Below are positions 1 through 6,660 of a DNA stretch of 64,000 nucleotides, piece by piece. This stretch comes from Acutalibacteraceae bacterium (GTDB lineage: Bacteria; Bacillota; Clostridia; Oscillospirales; Acutalibacteraceae), in contig JAZQIP010000022.1 of the NCBI GenBank assembly GCA_045541175.1, positions 14,129 to 78,128 on the forward strand, given 5' to 3'. The translations under genes and the position numbers were made by a program. Under the pieces are notes generated by a model. That model was not told the DNA's origin and did not search any database. It saw only the letters and a program-made list of their open reading frames with translations. Position 1 is the stretch's first letter; each line of letters starts with the position of its first letter.

Positions 1-670
1 CAACGACAACATATTCTTTATGTTCATTTTTTAATTTGGTACGGTGGATTTGTAGGGTCTTGTTTTTGAAATCTATATCTTCCCATTTTAAGCCTCCGAT
101 TTCAGAAGCACGCATCGAAAGCATACCAAGGTATGATTCCAATTCAAATTCATTACCCTTTAAAACACGAAAGATTTGTTTTATATACTCATCTGAATAA
201 ACTTTTTTAACCGTTTTTTTCATTTTAGGATATTTTACAGCCCATATAAATTGAGGGTGATATACTGATAATATAGTCTGCAAAAATCCGTAACGATTCT
301 TTATAGTTTTAGGAGAAAGAACAGAAGAGTAATTGTTTATAGAATTTTGAATTATAGGACATGTTAAAGTGTATAAAGGCTTATTGATTATATCCTGCAT
401 ATCATTATCAGAAATACGCACATATTCCTTAACTGTTGAGGGGGAGAGGTTGTTACGGTTTTTTTCTATATAAAATTTCATTGCTTCTTTTACAGTCATT
501 CGGGAACTGTCTGAACCAATCATTTTTATATAGTTTCGCCATTCTTCGGCAGATTTCTCGGCTTTGGCGGCAGTGCTTTCGGTGAAAGAGCGAATATATT
601 TCTCGCCGTCTATTGTTACGCTTGCCTGCACCCTCCAATTCCCTGAGGGTAATTTTTTCGCTTTAGCCAT
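1..670 (-). CDS. int: Tyrosine recombinase / phage integrase, N-terminal 223 codons (the remainder lies left of the window)
   Basis: Hand translation of the minus strand from the ATG at 670 stays open to position 1: MAKAKKLPSGNWRVQASVTIDGEKYIRSF...YLGMLSMRASEIGGLKWEDIDFKNKTLQIHRTK. It shows an N-terminal arm-binding-type KLPSGNWRVQ motif and the first catalytic Arg box (R-x-x-E...L-x-W-x-D-I-D). It is absent from the ORF track because no stop lies in the window. Confidence 0.85.
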   Translation of the reverse strand, partial: MAKAKKLPSGNWRVQASVTIDGEKYIRSFTESTAAKAEKSAEEWRNYIKMIGSDSSRMTVKEAMKFYIEKNRNNLSPSTVKEYVRISDNDMQDIINKPLYTLTCPIIQNSINNYSSVLSPKTIKNRYGFLQTILSVYHPQFIWAVKYPKMKKTVKKVYSDEYIKQIFRVLKGNEFELESYLGMLSMRASEIGGLKWEDIDFKNKTLQIHRTKLKNEHKEYVVV

Positions 671-732
671 AAAAATACCGTCCTTTCTTTGCAAAACGCT
701 TGCAGAATACGGACGGATATGTTAAAATATAA

Positions 733-816
733 CTGCAAGTGGGTTCCAAACATTTGCAGCCGGTCCGTCCGGTACAGCTCCGCTTTGGTGTTGGTAGCAC
801 CAGGGCGGAGTTTTTT
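733..816 (+). ncRNA. Candidate ~80-nt small RNA between int and the repressor gene (cis-antisense to any cI-to-int readthrough or int leader)
   Basis: Plus-strand sigma-A-like promoter TTGCAG (700-705), 17 nt, TAAAAT (723-728). Then hairpins CTGCAA/TTGCAG (733-738/754-759) and CCGG/CCGG (760-763/769-772), followed by a 13-bp terminator stem and U-run. No plus-strand ORF with an RBS is present. Confidence 0.35.
778..816 (+). terminator. Strand-specific intrinsic terminator (plus strand)
   Basis: CTCCGCTTTGGTG (778-790) pairs with CACCAGGGCGGAG (798-810), 13 bp including two G-U pairs, with a 7-nt loop and then TTTTTT (811-816). On the minus strand the G-U pairs become A-C mismatches and there is no U-run. 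Confidence 0.6.
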
Positions 817-825
817 ATTTACTTT

Positions 826-1494
826 TTAGTGGTGGATTTCTCTTATGAGCATTTTGGGGATTCCGAGAACACGGCAGAGTTCCAAATCTTCGTTTTCTAT
901 GAGTTTTGGGGGAACGGTGGGATTTATTGCTATAAAGCGCATCCAGTTTTCACCTTGTTTATATTCAACTTTTTTGAGGGTGGCTAACTCATTATCATAT
1001 AAAACAACGCCGACCTGACCACTGTAATTAAGGGTTGTCTGCTTGAGTACAAGCACCTTGTCACCGTCCTGATAGTCGGGATACATACTGTCACCCTTTA
1101 CGCGTAAAACAAAAAACTCATCTTTCCGTCTGCCGCAGAGGTATTCGTCAGGAATGTCTACTGTATCGCCCTCCCAGTCCTCTATAGCGGGGTAATCATA
1201 TCCTGCGGCAACCTCGCCGATAACAGGGAATGTGGTGTAGTTCTGGGTGATGTTGGGTTGGGGCAGATTTGGGTTTTGATATTCTTCTATAAGGTCAGAT
1301 TTCTGAATACCAAAATAATTGGCTAACATTTCAATTTTATCGATACGAGGATATTTGTTGGCTGATAACCATTCAGATAATGTTGTGTATTTGAAATTCA
1401 ATGCTTGACATAATTGATATCTATCGATATTATGAATTTTCATATATCTTTTTAAGTTGTTTGCAAAAACTTGCTTATTTCCTAAATCGTTCAT
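826..1494 (-). CDS. CI/LexA-like phage repressor (XRE HTH plus S24 peptidase autocleavage domain)
   Basis: N-terminal HTH (NNLKRYMKIHNIDRYQLCQALNFKYTTLSEWLS). C-terminal S24 signature VKGDSMYPDYQDGDKVLV and a later ...TLKKV Lys region. Divergent from a Cro-like gene. Confidence 0.9.
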   Translation of the reverse strand: MNDLGNKQVFANNLKRYMKIHNIDRYQLCQALNFKYTTLSEWLSANKYPRIDKIEMLANYFGIQKSDLIEEYQNPNLPQPNITQNYTTFPVIGEVAAGYDYPAIEDWEGDTVDIPDEYLCGRRKDEFFVLRVKGDSMYPDYQDGDKVLVLKQTTLNYSGQVGVVLYDNELATLKKVEYKQGENWMRFIAINPTVPPKLIENEDLELCRVLGIPKMLIREIHH

Positions 1495-1561
1495 AAGAAA
1501 CCTCCTTGCGATATTGATTATACGCTATAAATGGAATAAAGTCAATAAAAAAATAAAAAAA

Positions 1562-1626
1562 TTCCACTTTAGGTGTTGACAAAGAGTAAAATGTGTGATA
1601 TACTCAAATTACACTAAAAGTGGAAC
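1562..1626 (+). promoter_or_regulatory. Early rightward promoter flanked by two operator-like sites
   Basis: TTGACA (1576-1581), 17 nt, TATACT (1599-1604). Flanking sites are TTCCACTTTAGGTG (1562-1575) and CACTAAAAGTGGAA (1612-1625), a near-perfect inverted pair. Each carries a CACT-N3-(A/G)GTG palindromic core. Confidence 0.6.
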
Positions 1627-1638
1627 AGAGGTGAAAAT

Positions 1639-1842
1639 ATGAAAATTTCTTTAAAAGCGGCGAGAACTAATGCTAACCTAACGCAGAAACAGGCAGCAAA
1701 TAAATTAAACGTAACGAGAGATACGATATCTAATTGGGAAACAGGAAAAACCTATCCTGATGCGTTGAAAATTAAAGACATAGAGCGAGTATATAATGTT
1801 ACGTATAATGATATTATTTTTTTGCCAGACGATTACACTTAA
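1639..1842 (+). CDS. Cro/XRE-family HTH regulator
   Basis: 67 aa with RBS GAGGTG upstream. Motif LTQKQAANKLNVTRDTISNWETGKTYP is a typical XRE HTH. Divergent from the repressor. Confidence 0.8.
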   Translation: MKISLKAARTNANLTQKQAANKLNVTRDTISNWETGKTYPDALKIKDIERVYNVTYNDIIFLPDDYT

Positions 1843-1849
1843 AGTGTAA
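1833..1849. promoter_or_regulatory. Third operator-like site, a 17-bp perfect palindrome overlapping the cro stop codon
   Basis: TTACACTTAAAGTGTAA is a perfect palindrome. Its core CACTTAAAGTG matches the CACT-N3-AGTG cores at 1564-1575 and 1612-1623. Confidence 0.45.
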
Positions 1850-1875
1850 AAATACTTAAAGGGTGGTGAGAGGTA

Positions 1876-2052
1876 ATGGTTCAGAAGAAGGCTGAGGTTA
1901 TACAGGTAATCAAACTTGTGACAGAAATAGGCAACGGCACAGATAAAGACCCTTATCGTGCAGGAATAGAATATTGGGATACCGATGGTAATTTGCTGTT
2001 TGTTACGGAAGCTAAAGAATGCCTTAATATTTCTTATAAGTCATCCCCATAG
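1876..2052 (+). CDS. Small hypothetical early protein (58 aa)
   Basis: ATG at 1876 follows GGTGAGAGG. Translation is MVQKKAEVIQVIKLVTEIGNGTDKDPYRAGIEYWDTDGNLLFVTEAKE.... It is below the ORF-track size cut-off, and its 3' end overlaps the convergent gene by about 29 nt. Confidence 0.4.
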   Translation: MVQKKAEVIQVIKLVTEIGNGTDKDPYRAGIEYWDTDGNLLFVTEAKECLNISYKSSP

Positions 2053-2725
2053 CTTTTTGATAAGCGAGTTCGGATTCTATATATGTTAAAAGTGCTTTTA
2101 TAAATAGTTTTAAGTCTGCAATATTATAATCTGTTTGTTTACGAATATAATGACATTCGTCATTGCCGAGCCATATACAACGTTTAGAAAGATTTTGAAT
2201 TTTTATATCAGTTATTCTTTTGATTGCATCACCTAAAAATTCTTTTTCTATATCGGTTTTTTGCTCAGGAAAAGTAAGGATTAAGTAATCTTTTAATAAG
2301 AACTCAAGTGCTTTACGATATCCCATTCCGCAGATTTCATTATAGTTTTCAGATTCAGCAGAAAATGCTTGTTCGTATATTTTGCAAAACTGCGGCGAGA
2401 GCGATTTTATTTCTTCGGTAAATTTGCAAGCCGTTTGATAATACGGATATGTGACAGCGGTGAATTTGGTTAAATCTATATTCCTTTCATAATCACTGTA
2501 ATTTTTAGCTAATTGATAGGTTTGAAAATAGAGTTCGCCACATTCGTGACAGACTCTTATCAATGAAATTTGGAGTCCGGATTTATTATTTGAGTAAAAT
2601 CCAGATATTATATTTTTACTCGAGCCTGTTAGACATTTGGGACATAAACCGCTTTTAAAGCAGGTAATCAGTTTAGCAGCATTATGGTTTGATGCATTGT
2701 AAACTTCGAGATTTGTTTTTTCCAT
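2024..2725 (-). CDS. Zinc-ribbon plus DUF4145-like protein (reverse-strand moron in the early region)
   Basis: Best start is MEKTN at 2725, with RBS GGAAAGGA. N-terminal Cys pairs CPKC...CHEC. The C-terminal helical region (ENYNEICGMGYRKALEFLLKDY...RCIWLGNDECHYIRK...DLKLFIKALLTYIE) resembles DUF4145 as I remember it. Very AT-rich and opposite in strand to its neighbours. Confidence 0.6.
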   Translation of the reverse strand: MEKTNLEVYNASNHNAAKLITCFKSGLCPKCLTGSSKNIISGFYSNNKSGLQISLIRVCHECGELYFQTYQLAKNYSDYERNIDLTKFTAVTYPYYQTACKFTEEIKSLSPQFCKIYEQAFSAESENYNEICGMGYRKALEFLLKDYLILTFPEQKTDIEKEFLGDAIKRITDIKIQNLSKRCIWLGNDECHYIRKQTDYNIADLKLFIKALLTYIESELAYQKAMGMTYKKY

Positions 2726-3001
2726 ATTATTGCATCCTTTCCTGATGTGTGTTGTTAAGCCTAACAAGTAAATTATACAACATAATTCGTATTTTTTTCA
2801 ACTGCACATCAAAAAGAAATTTTGTATAGTTTTCACAAGGCTAATCGTTAAAAAACACATAAATAAGACATAAAAAACAAAAGTACGACACGAATAATTT
2901 TGGGAACGGCGGTTTTTTGTTTAATTTAACGATTTTAATTACCGACAACTAAAGTTTAAAAAAACAACTGTACGATAAACAGGACGGATGGAGGTGATAC
3001 A

Positions 3002-3313
3002 ATGAGTGAAATTAAACGAATAATCAAATATCATAGAGCAGAAGTCAAAAGATTGGTCGGTTATGAACAAGCCAAAGTTTTATTTGCGGCAATAAAACAA
3101 GGTATTCCAATCATAATATACGAAAGGAATACCGATGTTCTTATTGATGGTGATTTATATCGCTCTCTTAAAATGTTGGGCGCAAAAAAAGTTTACAATT
3201 TTTCTCTATATTTAGATAGAAAAAAAGAAATCAAAGGTGTTTTTTGTGCAGTATTTAATATTGGTTATTCCCAAAATTTCTCAAAATGTTTAAATGCAGG
3301 CGAAGAAGAATGA
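3002..3313 (+). CDS. Hypothetical early protein
   Basis: Strong RBS GGAGGTG 6 nt upstream of the ATG. 103-aa ORF with no recognisable motif. The 3' end overlaps a convergent ORF. Confidence 0.45.
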   Translation: MSEIKRIIKYHRAEVKRLVGYEQAKVLFAAIKQGIPIIIYERNTDVLIDGDLYRSLKMLGAKKVYNFSLYLDRKKEIKGVFCAVFNIGYSQNFSKCLNAGEEE

Positions 3314-3531
3314 AAACTAAAATAATATTCTTCATTTCTCGTTTCAAAAGTATATCCAAGTGAAGAGAGGGCTTCAAAAACATCTCTATCAGAAACCTGG
3401 AAATAGCATCTTGAGAAATTCGAGGCAATTATATGAGAGGAATATGTAAATTTACAATTTTTATCTTCTATAAGATTTTGTGAAAGCCAATTTTTTAGTC
3501 CTTCATAGTTATAGCAATTTGATTGATACAT
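3265..3531 (-). CDS. Hypothetical protein (second reverse-strand moron, 88 aa)
   Basis: Internal start MYQSNCYNYEGL... at 3531 is preceded by AAAGGTGGTG. AT-rich and antiparallel to the early operon. Confidence 0.45.
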   Translation of the reverse strand: MYQSNCYNYEGLKNWLSQNLIEDKNCKFTYSSHIIASNFSRCYFQVSDRDVFEALSSLGYTFETRNEEYYFSFHSSSPAFKHFEKFWE

Positions 3532-3597
3532 ATATTCACCACCTTTCAAAAAAATTATAACAGGTGGAAACAGTAAAGGCAAGTGAGGTGATATCAA

Positions 3598-3741
3598 GTG
3601 GCATTTATAGCGTTGGTACTGTCATTGTTTGCAATACTTCTTGTAGTGACGGTATATAAAATTCTATCCATTATAACTATTGTTAAGTTTAAATCTTCTG
3701 TCAGAGAAATAGTTGATGAATATGAAAAGCAAATGAGGTGA
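3598..3741 (+). CDS. Small membrane protein (47 aa)
   Basis: GTG start 7 nt after GAGGTG. MAFIALVLSLFAILLVVTVYKILSIITIV... has one clear TM helix. Below the ORF-track cut-off. Confidence 0.3.
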   Translation: MAFIALVLSLFAILLVVTVYKILSIITIVKFKSSVREIVDEYEKQMR

Positions 3742-3746
3742 GAGCA

Positions 3747-3911
3747 TTGAAAAAGGAAAAGAAGGTTAAGGAAAGACCACGAGAACGTGTGAGCAGGTCG
3801 ACAAACTATCCGCCTGACCCACACAGTGTATTCTGCAAGAGATGTTATGAGTATAACAAAGGCTGCCCGAATACACGAAGCAAACTTAAAGACCGAGCGT
3901 GCAACTTATAA
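3747..3911 (+). CDS. Small Cys-rich basic protein (54 aa)
   Basis: TTG start after GAGGTGAG. Translation is LKKEKKVKERPRERVSRSTNYPPDPHSVFCKRCYEYNKGCPNTRSKLKDRACNL. Low confidence because of the alternative start and small size. Confidence 0.25.
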   Translation: MKKEKKVKERPRERVSRSTNYPPDPHSVFCKRCYEYNKGCPNTRSKLKDRACNL

Positions 3912-3924
3912 GGGGGGTGAAAAT

Positions 3925-4197
3925 ATGCCAAGGACATACCTTACGATGGCAGAGCGGCAAGATGCTGAACGAGAAGCTTTTAATCGAAAGCAGGACAATA
4001 ATTTACGAATTGAGTTACTTACCGCTAAGAAAACTCAAAGGCTTACATACAGAGAGTTAGCAGAAAAGGCGAGCGTAGGGGTTTCTACTGTTCAGAGGAT
4101 TTTGGATGTTAGCTTTGATTTGGGCAAGGTTGAACTCGATAAGCTTAGAAGTGTATGCGGTGCATTGGGTGTTAGGCTCATGATGTGCACCGAATAA
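3925..4197 (+). CDS. XRE-like HTH DNA-binding protein (90 aa)
   Basis: ATG at 3925 is preceded by the strong RBS AAGGGGGGTG. HTH motif LTYRELAEKASVGVSTVQRIL. Confidence 0.7.
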   Translation: MPRTYLTMAERQDAEREAFNRKQDNNLRIELLTAKKTQRLTYRELAEKASVGVSTVQRILDVSFDLGKVELDKLRSVCGALGVRLMMCTE

Positions 4198-4253
4198 AAA
4201 AAGAAATCCGCCCTAGGAACGGCAATTCCGTTTTTAGGAAGGAGTGAAACAAT

Positions 4254-4817
4254 TTGAAAGATATTACTGGTCAAAGATTCGGGAGATTGCAAGCGGTTAA
4301 TGTGCATCATTCTTATAATCATAAGCGATATTGGGAATGTATATGTGATTGTGGTAATAACGCCGTTATAAGGCAAGACCAACTTACAACAGGAAAGACC
4401 AAGAGCTGTGGTTGTTATCTTAATGAAATTCGTATGAATTTTGCAAGGAAATATGTCAAACCAAAGAATATGAAATCTAAAAAAGTTTCATATAAGATTG
4501 ATGGACATACTATCAGATACAATCCGTTAAAACATCAATATCCTCGAATATATTGCATTTGGCAAAGTATGAAAAGCCGTTGCTATTATGCAAAAAATAA
4601 ATGTTATAGCAGTTACGGTGGCAGGGGTATCAGTATTTGTGATGAATGGCGTCATTCATTTAATACGTTTGCAAATTGGGCATTATGTAACGGGTATAAA
4701 GATAATCTTTCAATAGACAGAATAGATGTTAACGGCGATTATACTCCTGAAAATTGTAGATGGATAACTATGGCTGAACAACAAAAAAACAAAAGAAAAT
4801 CCCCCACTAATAAATAG
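4254..4817 (+). CDS. Conserved phage DNA-binding-type protein (Cys cluster plus YGGRGI...IDRID...NCRW module)
   Basis: RBS GGAAGGAG with a TTG start. Motifs GRLQAV...WECICDCGN...SCGC and YGGRGISICDEW...LSIDRIDVNGDYTPENCRWITMAEQQKNK are typical of a family common in Firmicutes phages. The exact family name is not asserted. Confidence 0.65.
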   Translation: MKDITGQRFGRLQAVNVHHSYNHKRYWECICDCGNNAVIRQDQLTTGKTKSCGCYLNEIRMNFARKYVKPKNMKSKKVSYKIDGHTIRYNPLKHQYPRIYCIWQSMKSRCYYAKNKCYSSYGGRGISICDEWRHSFNTFANWALCNGYKDNLSIDRIDVNGDYTPENCRWITMAEQQKNKRKSPTNK

Positions 4818-4922
4818 TAAGGGATTTATACCGAGTAGAGTGGATGTTTCTACATACGGCAAACAAAAATACTTTTATTAAATTTTAGCAAAAATATTAT
4901 TAAATGTCAAGGAGATATGAAA

Positions 4923-5210
4923 ATGGAAAATAAGAAAGTAATTATTAGAGCTGACAGAGCAGGAGTTTTCTTCGGAACACTCAAAGAGAAGAATGGCACA
5001 GAGGTAACGCTTACAGATTGCCGTAGGTTATGGTATTGGGATGGTGCAGCGAGTTTGTCACAGTTAGCGGTTGACGGAACTAATGCTCCCGGAGATTGCA
5101 AATTCACCGTAACAGTACCCGAAATAATTATAACAGGTGTAATTGAAATTATACCCTGTACTGATAAGGCAATTAAGTCTATTGAGGGTGTAAAGGAATG
5201 GAAAAGATAA
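4923..5210 (+). CDS. Conserved hypothetical phage protein
   Basis: The ORF is 4917-5210, and the ATG at 4923 has better RBS spacing (AAGGAG). Translation is MENKKVIIRADRAGVFFGTLKEKNGTEVTLTDCRRLWYWDGAASLSQLA.... Confidence 0.6.
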   Translation: MENKKVIIRADRAGVFFGTLKEKNGTEVTLTDCRRLWYWDGAASLSQLAVDGTNAPGDCKFTVTVPEIIITGVIEIIPCTDKAIKSIEGVKEWKR

Positions 5211-5956
5211 AAGAATTTTTAAGGATTGAACGTGGCTCTGGCTCTGGCGATGGCGATGGCTCTGGCTCTGGCTCTGGCTCTGGCTATGGCTATGGCTATG
5301 GCTATGGCGATGGCTCTGGCGATGGCGATGGCTCTGGCTCTGGCTCTGGCTATGGCTCTGGCTCTGGCTATGGCGATGGCTCTGGCGATGGCTCTGGCTA
5401 TGGCTCTGGCTATGGCTCTGGCTATGGCTCTGGCTATGGCTATGGCGATGGCTCTGGCTATGGCTCTGGCTATGGCTATGGCATAAAAGCCATAAATGGC
5501 GATACTATCTATCAAATAGACGGAATCGCAACCGTTATAAAGCAGGTTAGAAACAATGTAGCAAAAGGTTATATTTTCAATGATGATTTATCCTTAACAC
5601 CTTGCTACATAGTAAAAGGGCATAACAAATTCGCTCACGGTGAAACGCTCAAAAAGGCTATGGAAGATTTAGAAAATAAAATCTTTGAAGATATGGACAC
5701 CGAAGAAGCAATCGAAATGTTCTTAAAAGAGTTTTCAGACCTTACCAAAAAATACCCTGCTAAAGATTTCTATGTATGGCATAACCGCTTGACAGGCTCT
5801 TGTGAAATGGGAAGAAACTCATTTGTGAAAAATGGCGGTTACGACCTTGAAAACGATACGTTTACCGTGCAAGAGTTTATCGAAATTACAAAAGATGCCT
5901 TTGGTAGTTATGTTATTAAACTATTAGAACAAAAAATCAAGGGAGTAACGATATGA
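5198..5956 (+). CDS. Early protein with an 83-residue (Gly-Ser/Asp/Tyr)n low-complexity tract and a conserved C-terminal globular domain
   Basis: Residues 13-95 are a strict G-X dipeptide repeat. The C-terminal 157 aa (IKAINGDTIYQIDGIATVIKQV...FAHGETLKKAMEDL...WHNRLTGSCEMGRNSF...) look like an ordinary folded domain. Confidence 0.8.
   Translation: MEKIKEFLRIERGSGSGDGDGSGSGSGSGYGYGYGYGDGSGDGDGSGSGSGYGSGSGYGDGSGDGSGYGSGYGSGYGSGYGYGDGSGYGSGYGYGIKAINGDTIYQIDGIATVIKQVRNNVAKGYIFNDDLSLTPCYIVKGHNKFAHGETLKKAMEDLENKIFEDMDTEEAIEMFLKEFSDLTKKYPAKDFYVWHNRLTGSCEMGRNSFVKNGGYDLENDTFTVQEFIEITKDAFGSYVIKLLEQKIKGVTI
5234..5482 (+). repeat. Hexanucleotide tandem repeat, 41.5 units of GGC-NNT (NNT = TCT, GAT or TAT)
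   Basis: Read directly from the sequence: every Gly is GGC, every Ser TCT, every Asp GAT and every Tyr TAT. It is open in at least four of the six frames, including all three forward frames (see the artefactual ORFs 5219-5515 minus and 5226-5486 plus). Confidence 0.95.
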
Positions 5957-6183
5957 ACAGTTACATTTTTATAGACGGGCCTGTATTGTGGATTATTATT
6001 GGCTTTATAGCCTTTTTATTACTTTGGGTTATGTATTTGTCCTTTCACTGTATGTCAGTTGAGAGGACAAATGATAAGTTGAAAGAAGAAAATAAGTGCT
6101 TTAAAACAAATATTAGTCTAAAGGATAGCGAGATTAGATATTTGAAATTTAAATTATCGTATAAACACCCGGAGGTCGAATGA
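5953..6183 (+). CDS. Small membrane protein with a C-terminal coiled coil
   Basis: Start ATGA-coupled to the upstream stop. TM helix GPVLWIIIGFIAFLLLWVMYL followed by a KLKEENK... heptad-like segment. Confidence 0.55.
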   Translation: MNSYIFIDGPVLWIIIGFIAFLLLWVMYLSFHCMSVERTNDKLKEENKCFKTNISLKDSEIRYLKFKLSYKHPEVE

Positions 6184-6383
6184 TGGCTACATGTGTCAAG
6201 AGTGGAAAAACACTACCTGAGATAAATGTGCATTTAAAAGGTTACGAATGTCGCGAAAATAATAGGATATACTGCCAGTATTTTAGTCGTTGTTTTATCG
6301 ATGGGACTAATTGTGTTTTACTTCGCAAGCCTCGTGATATTAGGAGAATTTTAGGAATTGAGGCGGCGAATAAGAATGTATAA
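6180..6383 (+). CDS. Hypothetical small protein
   Basis: ATGA overlap with the upstream gene. 67 aa, Cys-containing, no recognised motif. Confidence 0.45.
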   Translation: MMATCVKSGKTLPEINVHLKGYECRENNRIYCQYFSRCFIDGTNCVLLRKPRDIRRILGIEAANKNV

Positions 6384-6660
6384 ATGCAAAAACTGTAATA
6401 CCGAATTCGAGCATTATGACACTATTGATGACAATGGTGAAAAATGGGATGTTTGCCCCGTCTGCAGAGGTGCTGATTTTGACGAAGCAGCAAAGTGTGA
6501 ATATTGCGGCAAATATTTCATGGAGAGCCGAATGGATGTTTTGTGTAAAGATTGTTTAGATGAACTTCAAATAAAGTTTTCAAATATGCTGCATAGCAAT
6601 TTTACAGAGTATGAGATCAAGGCGCTTAATGCTATTTACGATGGGAGGAATTTGGAGTGA
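6376..6660 (+). CDS. Zinc-ribbon protein
   Basis: MYKCKNCNTEF...CPVCRGADF...CEYCGKYF...CKDCLDEL, giving four CxxC pairs. The start overlaps the upstream stop (ATGTATAA). Confidence 0.6.
   Translation: MYKCKNCNTEFEHYDTIDDNGEKWDVCPVCRGADFDEAAKCEYCGKYFMESRMDVLCKDCLDELQIKFSNMLHSNFTEYEIKALNAIYDGRNLE

Noticed and set aside
739-987. Plus-strand 82-aa ORF across the int-repressor gap
   Set aside because: It overlaps the 3' end of the well-supported S24 repressor gene on the opposite strand. It has no RBS and runs through a terminator hairpin, so it is treated as spurious. The region is better explained as regulatory or sRNA.
3594-3824. Minus-strand 76-aa ORF
   Set aside because: It has no RBS and a Cys/Ser/Leu-rich translation. 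The same DNA carries two plus-strand small ORFs with GAGGTG ribosome-binding sites, consistent with the flow of the early operon.
5219-5515. ORFs 5219-5515 (minus, AIARAIAR...) and 5226-5486 (plus, ALAMAMA...) in the track
   Set aside because: They are alternative-frame readings of the GGC-NNT hexamer repeat, which lacks stops in those frames. Only the frame joined to the globular C-terminal domain (5198-5956) has a proper RBS and context.
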